Source of the DNA: an uncultured Gammaproteobacteria bacterium
GTDB lineage: Bacteria > Patescibacteriota > Patescibacteriia > Magasanikbacterales > UBA922
DNA: 64,000 nt
NCBI GenBank assembly: GCA_964597575.1
Contig: CAZQXB010000001.1
Span: 274,111-338,110 of the forward strand
Reading direction: 5' to 3'
Below, piece after piece: positions 30,143 to 39,510 of the stretch (position 1 is its first letter; every line of letters begins with the position of its first letter). The position numbers and the translations under genes were made by a program. The notes beneath the pieces are model-generated. The model made no database searches. It was not told the origin of the DNA and saw only the letters and a program-made list of their open reading frames with translations.

Positions 30143-30453
30143 TTGACAGAGTAACGAGAGTACGCTATAATAGGCCTCGTTATAACAACCAAGGCACGAG
30201 CTCGATAAGATTACCCTGAATACGGGTCTAAAAACATCGAGAATAAGGCCAAATGGTTGACAAAGGTGAAGCACCAAATTTACTAACGATCACACAATTC
30301 TCGGTTACTCGACGCGTCTTTTTCACAAAAGGCGAGCCGAACGTAACTAAAAAGAGAGGTATCACACCACTCATGTGTTCAAAGGTAAAAAACATAGGTG
30401 CAAGATACGTCTCTTTTTTGTTTGATTTTCCGAATTTTCGAAATAGCAAATGT
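30143..30453 (+). promoter_or_regulatory. Internal promoter and long structured leader before rplC
   Basis: TTGACA-17-TATAAT; stem 30349-30363 with 30404-30418 ending in a T-tract. Confidence 0.6.
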
Positions 30454-31158
30454 ATGAAATGCATTCTTGGTACAAAACTTGGCATGACGCAGGTGTTTGA
30501 TGCGAACGGCACAGTAATTCCTGTGACGCGCGTCCAAGCTGGTCCTTGTACAGTCACTCAGGTAAAAACAGTGGAAAAAGATGGGGTATCTGCCGTCCAG
30601 ATTGGATACGGTACTACGCCACTTTTTCGTATGAACCAACCAAAGCAGGGTCATGTTCGAGGCCTTGCTCATGTCCGCTTTTTGCGTGATTTTCGTATCG
30701 CGGAAGACCATGCGCTGACTCGTGGAGGCACATTTGGTGCATCTATCTTTGCGCCAGGTGATGTGGTTCAGGTTGTCGGTACATCAAAAGGCCGTGGATT
30801 CCAGGGTGTGGTAAAACGCCATGGGTTCAAGGGTGCTCCGAAAACACACGGTCATAAACATGACCTTCGTGCGCCAGGAAGTATCGGTGCCGGTGGTGTA
30901 CAGCGTGTGTTTAAAGATATGCGCATGGCGGGACATATGGGCGACGCCCGTGTGACCGTTAAAAACTTAACCGTGGTTGAAGTTCATCCTGAGACGAACG
31001 AACTTTATATTAAAGGTGCACTTCCAGGAAGCCGTGGAGGATTAGTGCTCATTTCCACACAGAACGGTTCGTTTGAAGTGGAATCAATGGTACAGGAAAA
31101 AGAAGCGCCAGCTACCCCTGTAGTTGCCGAAGAGGTTCCTGTTGCAGTCAACGCCTAA
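30454..31158 (+). CDS. rplC: 50S ribosomal protein L3
   Basis: GTKLGMTQVF, SKGRGFQGVVKRH, MAGHMG. Confidence 0.98.
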   Translation: MKCILGTKLGMTQVFDANGTVIPVTRVQAGPCTVTQVKTVEKDGVSAVQIGYGTTPLFRMNQPKQGHVRGLAHVRFLRDFRIAEDHALTRGGTFGASIFAPGDVVQVVGTSKGRGFQGVVKRHGFKGAPKTHGHKHDLRAPGSIGAGGVQRVFKDMRMAGHMGDARVTVKNLTVVEVHPETNELYIKGALPGSRGGLVLISTQNGSFEVESMVQEKEAPATPVVAEEVPVAVNA

Positions 31159-31179
31159 TACTCTCCAGATTGATTTTGT

Positions 31180-31806
31180 ATGAAAAACGTACCACTCTAC
31201 TCGATTGATGGAAAAGCTGTAGGCACGCTCGATGTAAACGAAGCGGTGTTTGGGGTGAAACCAAAACGATCCCTCGTCCATCAGGTCTATGTGACTTTAG
31301 TTGGCAATGCTCGTGAACCTTGGGCTCATACCAAAGACCGCAGTGATGTTCGCGGTGGTGGTAAAAAACCATGGAAACAGAAAGGGACTGGACGCGCTCG
31401 TCACGGTTCTATCCGCTCACCAATTTGGAAAGGCGGAGGTGTGACTTTTGGTCCAACAAACTTGCGTAATTACAGCCGTAAGTTAAACGTGAAGATGAAA
31501 CAGGCTGCGCTTAAAATGTGTTTGTCTGGTATGGTTGCTGCTGAACGTTTGCAAGGACTTGAAGACGCTGCTTTTTCTGGAAAAACTAAGCAGTTTGTCA
31601 CTTTTCGTAGCGCTTTACCAGGAAACAATAAAAGCACTCTTATTTTGACAGCAAAAAAAGACGAAACTCTTCTTCGTGCGACCAAAAATATCCCTCGCGT
31701 TGATGTGGTGCGTGCTGAAGATTTGAATGTGGTTGATGTGCTTCACCATCAGTATATTATTGCGACGAAAGGTGCCATTTTGGCCCTGACGAAACGTTTA
31801 GCGTAA
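31180..31806 (+). CDS. rplD: 50S ribosomal protein L4
   Basis: KPWKQKGTGRARHGS. Confidence 0.98.
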   Translation: MKNVPLYSIDGKAVGTLDVNEAVFGVKPKRSLVHQVYVTLVGNAREPWAHTKDRSDVRGGGKKPWKQKGTGRARHGSIRSPIWKGGGVTFGPTNLRNYSRKLNVKMKQAALKMCLSGMVAAERLQGLEDAAFSGKTKQFVTFRSALPGNNKSTLILTAKKDETLLRATKNIPRVDVVRAEDLNVVDVLHHQYIIATKGAILALTKRLA

Positions 31807-31818
31807 ACTTGAATCTGT

Positions 31819-32187
31819 ATGGCAAAAGCTACTACAACAAAAAAGAAAGCTGCACCAAAGGCAGCGAAAGAGAAAAAGGTAAAGACGGCCGCAGTGGCGA
31901 TGAGTTTTAATCGACAAATTTTACTCCGCCCCATCACCAGCGAAAAAACCGTGAGTCGTGAGTCACGCGGGGTGTACACCTTTTTGGTGAAACCAACCGC
32001 TACAAAGGTAGACGTAAAATTTGCAGTAAAGGAAGCCTATGGAGTCATGCCAGTGAAAGTAAATATGGTTTTGACCGACGGCAAGACAGTTCGCGCAGGT
32101 AAAGCTTTTGGGAAGCGTGGTGGTACAAAAAAAGCCATTGTGACATTGCCAAAAGATGCCCGCATTAGTATCCATGAAGGTGTCTAA
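31819..32187 (+). CDS. rplW: 50S ribosomal protein L23
   Basis: PITSEK, ATKVDVK, KKAIVTL; Lys/Ala N-extension. Confidence 0.96.
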   Translation: MAKATTTKKKAAPKAAKEKKVKTAAVAMSFNRQILLRPITSEKTVSRESRGVYTFLVKPTATKVDVKFAVKEAYGVMPVKVNMVLTDGKTVRAGKAFGKRGGTKKAIVTLPKDARISIHEGV

Positions 32188-32210
32188 GCATTCCTCATTG
32201 ATCTTACCGT

Positions 32211-33056
32211 ATGCCAATCACCATTTATAAACCAACGACAAACGGCCGACGCAACTCTAGTGTGCAGGTCTTTTCCGATGTTACAAAAACTCAGCCAGAA
32301 AAATCACTGATTGAGCCAAAGAAAAAACACAGTGGTCGTAATAATACAGGGAACATTACCGTTCGTCATCGTGGCGGCGGTGTGAAACGTTATTACCGTA
32401 TTATTGATTTCAAACAGCAAAAGTTTGATATGCCAGCGACGGTCACTGCGATCGAATATGATCCAAACCGCGGTGCCCGCATTGCTCTTGTTGAGTATAC
32501 CGACAACACCAAAGCCTATGTTTTGGCAGCTGATGGTATGGGTGTGGGCTCGGTTATTGTTTCTTCAGAAAAGGCAATTGAACCATCTGTCGGTTCTCGT
32601 ATGCCTCTCCAATATATTCCTGTTGGTCTCTTTGTTCACAATGTTGAAATGACTCGTGGCAAGGGCGGACAGATTATCCGCGGTGCAGGCACGGGTGCCC
32701 AGCTTCAGGTAATTGAAGGGGATTATGCCCAGCTTAAACTCCCTTCTGGTGAAGTTCGTTTGGTGAAAAAAGATTGTTTAGCTTCTGTTGGAAAAGTAAG
32801 TAACCCAGACTTTAAACTCGTGCGTTACGGAAAAGCCGGACGCATGCGCTACCTCGGCTGGAGACCAGTCGTTCGTGGTAAGGTGATGAACCCGGTTGAT
32901 CACCCGCACGGAGGTGGTGAAGGGCGAAACCCTATTGGTTTGAAGGGTGGTCCAAAAAATGTATACGGAAAGAAAGCCATGGGTATCAAAACACGAAAAC
33001 GCGATAACTGGAGTAACAAATTTATTCTTCAACGCCGTAAGGGTAGAAAAGTGTAA
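32211..33056 (+). CDS. rplB: 50S ribosomal protein L2
   Basis: EYDPNR, MNPVDHPHGGGEG. Confidence 0.99.
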   Translation: MPITIYKPTTNGRRNSSVQVFSDVTKTQPEKSLIEPKKKHSGRNNTGNITVRHRGGGVKRYYRIIDFKQQKFDMPATVTAIEYDPNRGARIALVEYTDNTKAYVLAADGMGVGSVIVSSEKAIEPSVGSRMPLQYIPVGLFVHNVEMTRGKGGQIIRGAGTGAQLQVIEGDYAQLKLPSGEVRLVKKDCLASVGKVSNPDFKLVRYGKAGRMRYLGWRPVVRGKVMNPVDHPHGGGEGRNPIGLKGGPKNVYGKKAMGIKTRKRDNWSNKFILQRRKGRKV

Positions 33057-33059
33057 TGT

Positions 33060-33383
33060 ATGTCTCGCAGCTTAAAAAAAGGACCATTTGTCGATCCTAA
33101 GTTGGCAGAAAAAGTCGCGAAAGCGAAAGCCATGAACGACAAGAAGGCGATTAAAACTTGGGCCCGCGCTTCAACTATTACACCAGAAATGGTGGGGATG
33201 AATTTCGCAGTCCACAATGGGAAAGACTTCTTGAACGTCTTTGTGACGGAAAACATGGTGGGTCACAAACTCGGAGAATTTTCTTCGACTCGTAAGTTTA
33301 TTCGCCATGGTGGAAAAGCTGGTAAAGAAGCAGCTGCTCCTGCAGCAGCCCCAGCCGCTGCAGCAAAACCTGCTGCTAAATAA
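33060..33383 (+). CDS. rpsS: 30S ribosomal protein S19
   Basis: [19 protein letters not shown]. Confidence 0.99.
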   Translation: MSRSLKKGPFVDPKLAEKVAKAKAMNDKKAIKTWARASTITPEMVGMNFAVHNGKDFLNVFVTENMVGHKLGEFSSTRKFIRHGGKAGKEAAAPAAAPAAAAKPAAK

Positions 33384-33901
33384 TGCATATGACGACGATT
33401 CAAACATCGGCCACACTTCGCAGTTTACGCATGTCACCTCGCAAGGTGCGCCTTTTGATCGACCTTATTCGTGGCATGAACGCACACGAAGCACTTGTTC
33501 AGCTTCAGTTTTCAGCGAAAGAAGCAGCGCGTCCTGTATATAAACTTCTTGCTTCTGGAATTGCGAATGCTACCCATAACCATGGAGCAGATGCAAAAAC
33601 ATTAGTGGTTTCAAAAGCGACCGTTGATGGGGGGGCGATGATGTATCGTTATACTCCACGCGCAATGGGTCGGGCGACTCCTGTGCGTCACCGCACTTCC
33701 CACATTACGCTTGTGTTGACGGGTGTTGGTTCGGCGACACATCGCGCTGAAGCTGCTCACGATCATGAAAATCATGAAGGGCATGATCATGCGCATGAAG
33801 AAGCGCCGAAAAAAGTAACTAAAGCACGCAAGGCACCAGCAACCAAGAAACCCCGCGCTGCGTCAAAGGCTTCCACTGCCAAGGCGAAGAAAAACGCGTA
33901 A
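33383..33901 (+). CDS. rplV: 50S ribosomal protein L22 with His-rich and Lys-rich C-extension
   Basis: MSPRKVRL, PRAMGRA, TSHITL. Confidence 0.97.
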   Translation: MHMTTIQTSATLRSLRMSPRKVRLLIDLIRGMNAHEALVQLQFSAKEAARPVYKLLASGIANATHNHGADAKTLVVSKATVDGGAMMYRYTPRAMGRATPVRHRTSHITLVLTGVGSATHRAEAAHDHENHEGHDHAHEEAPKKVTKARKAPATKKPRAASKASTAKAKKNA

Positions 33902-33919
33902 TCCACTCTCAAGAATCCT

Positions 33920-34618
33920 ATGGGTCATAAAGTCCATCCCATTATCCATCGCACACAGGTTATCTATACCTGGGATTCGCGTTGGTTTTCTCGAAAAAAG
34001 TATCCTGAATATATTAAACAGGATATTCAAATTCGTGAATTTTTGAAAAAGAAATATAAAGATGCTCATATTGATGCGATCAGTGTTGAGCGTGGTCCAA
34101 AACAAACAACGATCACTATTTTAGCCGCAAAACCAGGGTTTATTATCGGCCGTGGTGGTGAGAGTTTGGATGTTCTCCGCAAAGAAATTGAACGCAAGTT
34201 TTTGCAGATGTCATCAAAAGTGAAATTGCAAATTCATGAAGTCAAATCTCCAGCACTTTCTGCTGAAATTGTGGCACAGACGATTGCACAAGAGACAGAA
34301 AATCGTATGCCATTTCGTCGCGTGATGAAGCAAACGATTGAACGCGTAATGAAGGCTGGCGGACTTGGAGTAAAAATTTGTATGTCGGGCCGCTTGAACG
34401 GAGCTGAAATTGCTCGTACCGAAAAATTGGCGGCTGGTAAAGTTCCATTGATCACTCTTCGCAGTGCTGTTGATTACGCTTCAACCGCCGCTTATACCAT
34501 GTATGGTAAAGTAGGAATTAAAGTGTGGATCTATCACGGTGAAGTGTTCGGTCGTAAAGATAAGTTTCGTGATGCTGCTGAAGCTCCTGCTCAGCCTCGT
34601 CGTGACAAGAAATCATAA
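33920..34618 (+). CDS. rpsC: 30S ribosomal protein S3
   Basis: MGHKVHP, SGRLNGAEIAR, GIKVWI. Confidence 0.99.
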   Translation: MGHKVHPIIHRTQVIYTWDSRWFSRKKYPEYIKQDIQIREFLKKKYKDAHIDAISVERGPKQTTITILAAKPGFIIGRGGESLDVLRKEIERKFLQMSSKVKLQIHEVKSPALSAEIVAQTIAQETENRMPFRRVMKQTIERVMKAGGLGVKICMSGRLNGAEIARTEKLAAGKVPLITLRSAVDYASTAAYTMYGKVGIKVWIYHGEVFGRKDKFRDAAEAPAQPRRDKKS

Positions 34619-34627
34619 TCGTGTTGT

Positions 34628-35041
34628 ATGTTGTTACCTAAAAAAGTAAAACACCGCAAGTGGCATAAACCACGCCGCCGCAACCTCGGGGTTGCGACTC
34701 GATTAACGACCGTGGCTTTCGGAACGTACGGACTCCGTGCGACGACTCATGCCTGGGTTTCATCCCGTCAAATCGAAGCTGCTCGTCGTGTCCTTACCCG
34801 ATACGTGAAGCGCGGAGGTAAGGTATGGGTGCGCATTTTCCCTGATCGCCCAATGACCAAAAAAGGTGCAGAAGTTCCGATGGGAAAAGGAAAAGGGGCG
34901 CCGGATTTCTACGTATGTACGGTAAAGCCAGGAGCAGTTCTCTTTGAAATGACTGGTTTGACCGAAGCGAGCGCGCAAGAAGCTCTCTTAGCCGCAGCAT
35001 ACAAGCTTCCGCTCAAGGCGAAATTTGTGAAAAAAGTATAA
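34628..35041 (+). CDS. rplP: 50S ribosomal protein L16
   Basis: QIEAARR, RIFPD, MGKGKG. Confidence 0.99.
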   Translation: MLLPKKVKHRKWHKPRRRNLGVATRLTTVAFGTYGLRATTHAWVSSRQIEAARRVLTRYVKRGGKVWVRIFPDRPMTKKGAEVPMGKGKGAPDFYVCTVKPGAVLFEMTGLTEASAQEALLAAAYKLPLKAKFVKKV

Positions 35042-35051
35042 CGCATGATGT

Positions 35052-35237
35052 ATGGAAAAACTTTCTCTTGGAACAAAAACAAAAGAAGAGCTTACCGCCA
35101 TGCTTCATGAGTCTCGTCACGAGCTCACTAAGCTTCGCTTCCAAGTAAGTGAACGCCAGCTCAAACAAGTTCACCGCATCGCTCTCATTCGCCGCACGAT
35201 TGCACGGGTTCAAACGGCCTTGGGGAAACTTCGCTAA
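35052..35237 (+). CDS. rpmC: 50S ribosomal protein L29
   Basis: LRFQ...RRTIARVQT; operon position. Confidence 0.95.
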   Translation: MEKLSLGTKTKEELTAMLHESRHELTKLRFQVSERQLKQVHRIALIRRTIARVQTALGKLR

Positions 35238-35246
35238 TATTCATGT

Positions 35247-35516
35247 ATGAAAACAACGCAGCCTACAACTCAAGCTACACATCGCCAGTTTACTGGTGAA
35301 GTTCTTCGTACGCTTGAAACAAAAACGATCCGCGTTCGCGTGGAAACCGTTATGACTCATCCGAAGTACCGCAAGCAATACGCGAAGCAAACGACCTTTC
35401 CAGTTCACGATGAGCATGCGAAAGCGAAAGTAGGGGATATTGTTACGTTTGAAGAGTGCCGACCATTGTCGAAAACCAAACGGTGGCGTCTCGTTTCTAT
35501 TCAGAAGACTGCCTAA
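35247..35516 (+). CDS. rpsQ: 30S ribosomal protein S17
   Basis: HPKYRK, ECRPLSKTKRW. Confidence 0.97.
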   Translation: MKTTQPTTQATHRQFTGEVLRTLETKTIRVRVETVMTHPKYRKQYAKQTTFPVHDEHAKAKVGDIVTFEECRPLSKTKRWRLVSIQKTA

Positions 35517-35525
35517 GACACTTCT

Positions 35526-35897
35526 ATGATTCAACATCGCGCCATGCTCTCGGTGGCAGATAACACCGGAGCGAAAAAATTGATGTGTATCCGCGTATTA
35601 GGCGGGTACAAAAAACGCTATGCACGCATCGGCGACATTATCACCTGTTCTGTAAAAGAAGCAGCTCCTCGCGGGCTCGTGAAAAAAGGTGAAGTGGTTC
35701 ACGCTGTGATTGTTCGTACGCGCAAAGAAACACGCCGCAAAGACGGAACCTATATTCGCTTTGATGATAACGCGGTAGTGATTGTTGATGATAAAAATAA
35801 AGAACCAAAAGGGACTCGTATCTTTGGACCAGTTGCTCGTGAAATCCGCGCGATGGGTTACCAGAAGATCGTCTCATTGGCTCCTGAAGTATTGTAA
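35526..35897 (+). CDS. rplN: 50S ribosomal protein L14
   Basis: [26 protein letters not shown]. Confidence 0.99.
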   Translation: MIQHRAMLSVADNTGAKKLMCIRVLGGYKKRYARIGDIITCSVKEAAPRGLVKKGEVVHAVIVRTRKETRRKDGTYIRFDDNAVVIVDDKNKEPKGTRIFGPVAREIRAMGYQKIVSLAPEVL

Positions 35898-35908
35898 GCT
35901 TGGCCTCT

Positions 35909-36220
35909 ATGAAGATTAAAACTGGCGACAATGTAAAAGTGCTCTCTGGTCGTGATCGCGGTAAAACCGGAAAGATCATCCAGGTGATTGCAAGTGATCG
36001 TGGAGCCCTGGTCGTAGTCGAGGGTGTAAACCTTCGAAAGAAACATCTGAAGGCACGAGGAACAGAGAAGGGAAGACTTCTCGAACTCGCAAGTCCGATT
36101 CATATGTCAAACGTCATGCTCCTTGATCCGAAAGATAGCAAACCAACTCGAGTAGGATACAAAACAGAAGGAGACAAAAAGATTCGCGTCGCTCGTCGCA
36201 GTGGCAACTCAATCGCATAA
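35909..36220 (+). CDS. rplX: 50S ribosomal protein L24
   Basis: KOW motif GDNVKVLSGRDRGKTG; IHMSNV. Confidence 0.97.
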   Translation: MKIKTGDNVKVLSGRDRGKTGKIIQVIASDRGALVVVEGVNLRKKHLKARGTEKGRLLELASPIHMSNVMLLDPKDSKPTRVGYKTEGDKKIRVARRSGNSIA

Positions 36221-36225
36221 TCACT

Positions 36226-36771
36226 ATGGTTCCAGAACTTCTCAAAACTTATAAAACCATCGCTGTACCTTTTTTGAAGCAAAAGTTTGGGTACAAAAAT
36301 GTTATGCAAGTTCCACGGGTTGAAAAAGTAACCCTGAACATTGGATACGGCCGTATGGTGAAAGATACTGCGTTTATTGAACGTATTACTCAAACGCTTT
36401 CTCTTATCTCTGGTCAAAAACCAGTTCACCAAAAAGCAAAGAAGTCCATTTCGAACTTCAAGACTCGCCAAGGAATGAACATTGCCGCCTCAGTTACGCT
36501 TCGCGGTCCTGCCATGTATGAGTTTTTGTATCGCTTCGTTCACCTTACTCTTCCTCGTATTCGTGACTTTCGAGGGTTAAACCCAAAGAGTTTCGATCGT
36601 CAGGGGAACTACACAATCGGCTTTAAAGAACAGATCGCCTTCCCTGAAGTTCAGGGTGATGCGGCTGATAAGATCCACGGTCTTGAAGTGGTTATTACCA
36701 CATCAGCAAAAAATCGTGAAGAAGGCCACGCCCTTCTTTCGAGCTTAGGTTTTCCCTTTCGCGATAAGTAA
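36226..36771 (+). CDS. rplE: 50S ribosomal protein L5
   Basis: [22 protein letters not shown]. Confidence 0.99.
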   Translation: MVPELLKTYKTIAVPFLKQKFGYKNVMQVPRVEKVTLNIGYGRMVKDTAFIERITQTLSLISGQKPVHQKAKKSISNFKTRQGMNIAASVTLRGPAMYEFLYRFVHLTLPRIRDFRGLNPKSFDRQGNYTIGFKEQIAFPEVQGDAADKIHGLEVVITTSAKNREEGHALLSSLGFPFRDK

Positions 36772-36776
36772 TCTCT

Positions 36777-36962
36777 ATGGCTACTCAAGGACAAATTGCT
36801 AAATCAAATCGTCGACCAAAATTCTCGACCCGCATCGTTCGTCGGTGCTGGAAGTGCGGTCGTAAGCGCTGGTTCATGCGCGACTTTGGGCTCTGCCGTA
36901 TTTGTTTCCGCGAACTTGCGAACTCTGGGAAGCTCCCGGGCGTTCGTAAGTCGAGCTGGTAA
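36777..36962 (+). CDS. rpsN: 30S ribosomal protein S14 (zinc-binding type Z)
   Basis: RCWKCGR...LCRICFRE...PGVRKSSW. Confidence 0.98.
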   Translation: MATQGQIAKSNRRPKFSTRIVRRCWKCGRKRWFMRDFGLCRICFRELANSGKLPGVRKSSW

Positions 36963-36981
36963 GGCCTTATAATGATGTACT

Positions 36982-37371
36982 ATGATGACAGATCCAATTG
37001 CAGACATGCTCACTCGCGTTCGAAATGCCTCGGCGTCTCGAAAAGCAAGTGCCACCATGCCATTCTCTAACATGAAAAAGGCCGTTCTCGATATTTTGCT
37101 CCGTGAAGGATATCTCGAGAATGTGGAAGTAGAAGGCGACACCAAGAAAACTTTGGTTGTTACCCTCAAATACACCAACAGAATTCCAGCGATTCAATCT
37201 CTTGCTCGTGAAAGCAAGCCAGGGCACCGTATGTACCGCCGAGCTGATGAATTGCCAAGAATTTTAAACGATATCGGTCTCGCGATCGTTTCTACCCCAG
37301 AGGGGATGATGACGAATAAAGAGGCACGCAAAAAAGGAATTGGTGGAGAAATTGTTTGTTCCGTATACTAA
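36982..37371 (+). CDS. rpsH: 30S ribosomal protein S8
   Basis: TDPIADMLTRVRN, SKPGHR, GGE. Confidence 0.99.
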   Translation: MMTDPIADMLTRVRNASASRKASATMPFSNMKKAVLDILLREGYLENVEVEGDTKKTLVVTLKYTNRIPAIQSLARESKPGHRMYRRADELPRILNDIGLAIVSTPEGMMTNKEARKKGIGGEIVCSVY

Positions 37372-37442
37372 TGTTGATGCACGAAATGGCTGGCGCCTGA
37401 TGCACGCCCTGCCACTTCCCTAATCACACCTATTTATTATAT

Positions 37443-37988
37443 ATGTCACGTATTGGAAAGAAACCACTTGCAATTCCTTCGGGAGTCACTGTTACAGTGG
37501 CTGAAGGAGTTGTGCATGTGAAGGGTCCTAAGGGAGAACTTCACCGTACGCTCCCACCACAGGTAGCTGTGGTTGTTGCATCAAACGAAGTAACGGTAAG
37601 TGTTAAAAATCCTGAAGAAAAGAGTGAGCGCTCTTTGTGGGGAACTTTTGCGGCTCATATTGGAAACATGATAGAGGGGGTAACCGTTGGTTTTTCAAAA
37701 CAACTTGAAATTAATGGAGTAGGATACCGCGGAGCTATGCAAGGAAAAGATATTCGTCTCGAGGTCGGTTTTTCTCATCCAGTCATTTTTAAAGTTCCAG
37801 AGGGTGTGACTGCGCAAATGGAAAAAAACATTATCACTTTGACCTCAACGAATAAAGAACTCTTGGGTCAGACGACTGCTGAAATTCGTGCTATTCGCAA
37901 ACCAGAACCATATAAAGGCAAAGGGATTAAATATACGACTGAAACGATTCGCCGCAAGGCTGGTAAGGCTGCGAAAGCTGCTGCCTAA
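37443..37988 (+). CDS. rplF: 50S ribosomal protein L6
   Basis: MSRIGKKP, PEPYKGKGI. Confidence 0.99.
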   Translation: MSRIGKKPLAIPSGVTVTVAEGVVHVKGPKGELHRTLPPQVAVVVASNEVTVSVKNPEEKSERSLWGTFAAHIGNMIEGVTVGFSKQLEINGVGYRGAMQGKDIRLEVGFSHPVIFKVPEGVTAQMEKNIITLTSTNKELLGQTTAEIRAIRKPEPYKGKGIKYTTETIRRKAGKAAKAAA

Positions 37989-38012
37989 GCCATTCTTTAA
38001 GAATACCTTTAT

Positions 38013-38384
38013 ATGAAATATTCTCATCAGTCAGCTAATGCCAAACGCCTTCGTCGCCACCGCCGTGTTCGCGCTCGTGTGGTTGGAACTGCCGAACGCC
38101 CTCGTTTGAACGTGTTCCGTAGCTTGAAAAATATTCATGCCCAGCTTATTGACGATGCTACTGGTATGGTACTTGCAGCAGCGAATGCTCGCGAACTCAA
38201 AGCAGGGGATGCTGGAGAACGCACCGGGAAAGTAGCGCAAAGCTACCTTACAGGAAAGGCACTCGCTGAAAAAGCCAAGACCAAAAATATCACCACCGTA
38301 GTATTTGATCGTGGCGGATATGCGTATCATGGTCGTGTTCGCGCACTCGCTGAAGGCGCCCGCGATGGTGGTCTCGTGTTTTAA
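38013..38384 (+). CDS. rplR: 50S ribosomal protein L18
   Basis: RPRLNVFRS, VFDRGGYAYHGRV. Confidence 0.99.
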   Translation: MKYSHQSANAKRLRRHRRVRARVVGTAERPRLNVFRSLKNIHAQLIDDATGMVLAAANARELKAGDAGERTGKVAQSYLTGKALAEKAKTKNITTVVFDRGGYAYHGRVRALAEGARDGGLVF

Positions 38385-38401
38385 GCTTACAGAGGTTTTA
38401 T

Positions 38402-39004
38402 ATGAATATGAAAGAACAACAGGGTAGAGGTGGACGTGGTGGTCGCGGTCCTCGCGACAATCGTCCTCGTCGTGAAAAACCTGAGTTTGACCAACAAACC
38501 ATTGATGTGTCACGTGTGACACGTGTAACGAAGGGTGGTAAACAACTTTCGTTCCGTGTTTGTATCGTTATCGGAGACCGTAAAGGCCGTGTTGGATACG
38601 GAGTTGATAAAGGGAAAGATGTTCAGATGGCAATGGAAAAGGCTTTGAATCAGGCAAAGAAAAGTATGATTCGAGTTCCTATGTCAAATGACACCATTCC
38701 TCATCAGGTTTTTGCGAAAGAGAATGCGGGGAAGATCCTTCTTATGCCAGCCCCTCGTGGTTCGGGTATCGTTGCAGGAAGTGTCGTTCGTATCATTCTT
38801 GACTTGGCCGGAGTTCCAAATGCGTCTGCTAAGATTTTAGGAACAACAAAAAATAAATTAACGAACGTGAAGGCTACTTTTGCAGCACTCCGCGCGCTTC
38901 GTCCTTATGTAAAGCGCGTAAGTCCATCAAGAGAAAGTAAACCATCTGAGCCTCGCGAAGAAGGGGAAAAGAAGAAGGCCGTTGCCAAAAAAGCGAAAGC
39001 CTAA
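38402..39004 (+). CDS. rpsE: 30S ribosomal protein S5
   Basis: RVTRVTKGG, GDRKGRVG, PAPRGSG. Confidence 0.98.
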   Translation: MNMKEQQGRGGRGGRGPRDNRPRREKPEFDQQTIDVSRVTRVTKGGKQLSFRVCIVIGDRKGRVGYGVDKGKDVQMAMEKALNQAKKSMIRVPMSNDTIPHQVFAKENAGKILLMPAPRGSGIVAGSVVRIILDLAGVPNASAKILGTTKNKLTNVKATFAALRALRPYVKRVSPSRESKPSEPREEGEKKKAVAKKAKA

Positions 39005-39025
39005 CTTTTGTAACCTCCACTCTAT

Positions 39026-39463
39026 ATGATTCAACTTCATACATTAAGCGATAATAGTCGCTCACGCAAAGGAAAGCGTGTCGGCCGCGGTGATGCTTCT
39101 GGGAAAGGGAAGTCCGCAGGTCGTGGTACAAAAGGTCAGCGTTCACGTGCGGGTGGCCGTCGTGGTATGCTTCGCCGTTCATTTAAAGATACGGTACAGA
39201 AAATGAAAAAATTGCGTGGTTTTAAGAGCCACACCGCACCGCTTGAAACCGTCACTCTTTCAACGCTTGAACGCGTGGCTATGCCGGGTGCCACCATTAC
39301 TCCAACATTTCTTCGAAAACGAGGCGTGGTTAATCAGCCAAAAAATGGCGTGAAAATCGTTGCTTCAGGAACCCTAACAAAAAAACTGGTGATTCGTGGT
39401 TGTTTGGTAACAAAAAATGCCGTAGAAATTATTCAGTCTAAAGGTGGTTCCATTGCCGTCTAG
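39026..39463 (+). CDS. rplO: 50S ribosomal protein L15
   Basis: RVGRG..SGKGKSAGRGTKGQ; follows rpsE directly (no rpmD). Confidence 0.97.
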   Translation: MIQLHTLSDNSRSRKGKRVGRGDASGKGKSAGRGTKGQRSRAGGRRGMLRRSFKDTVQKMKKLRGFKSHTAPLETVTLSTLERVAMPGATITPTFLRKRGVVNQPKNGVKIVASGTLTKKLVIRGCLVTKNAVEIIQSKGGSIAV

Positions 39464-39510
39464 TAACGAGTGTTCGTGGGCGAGGCGCCTCTCTCTTATA
39501 CATTATACGT

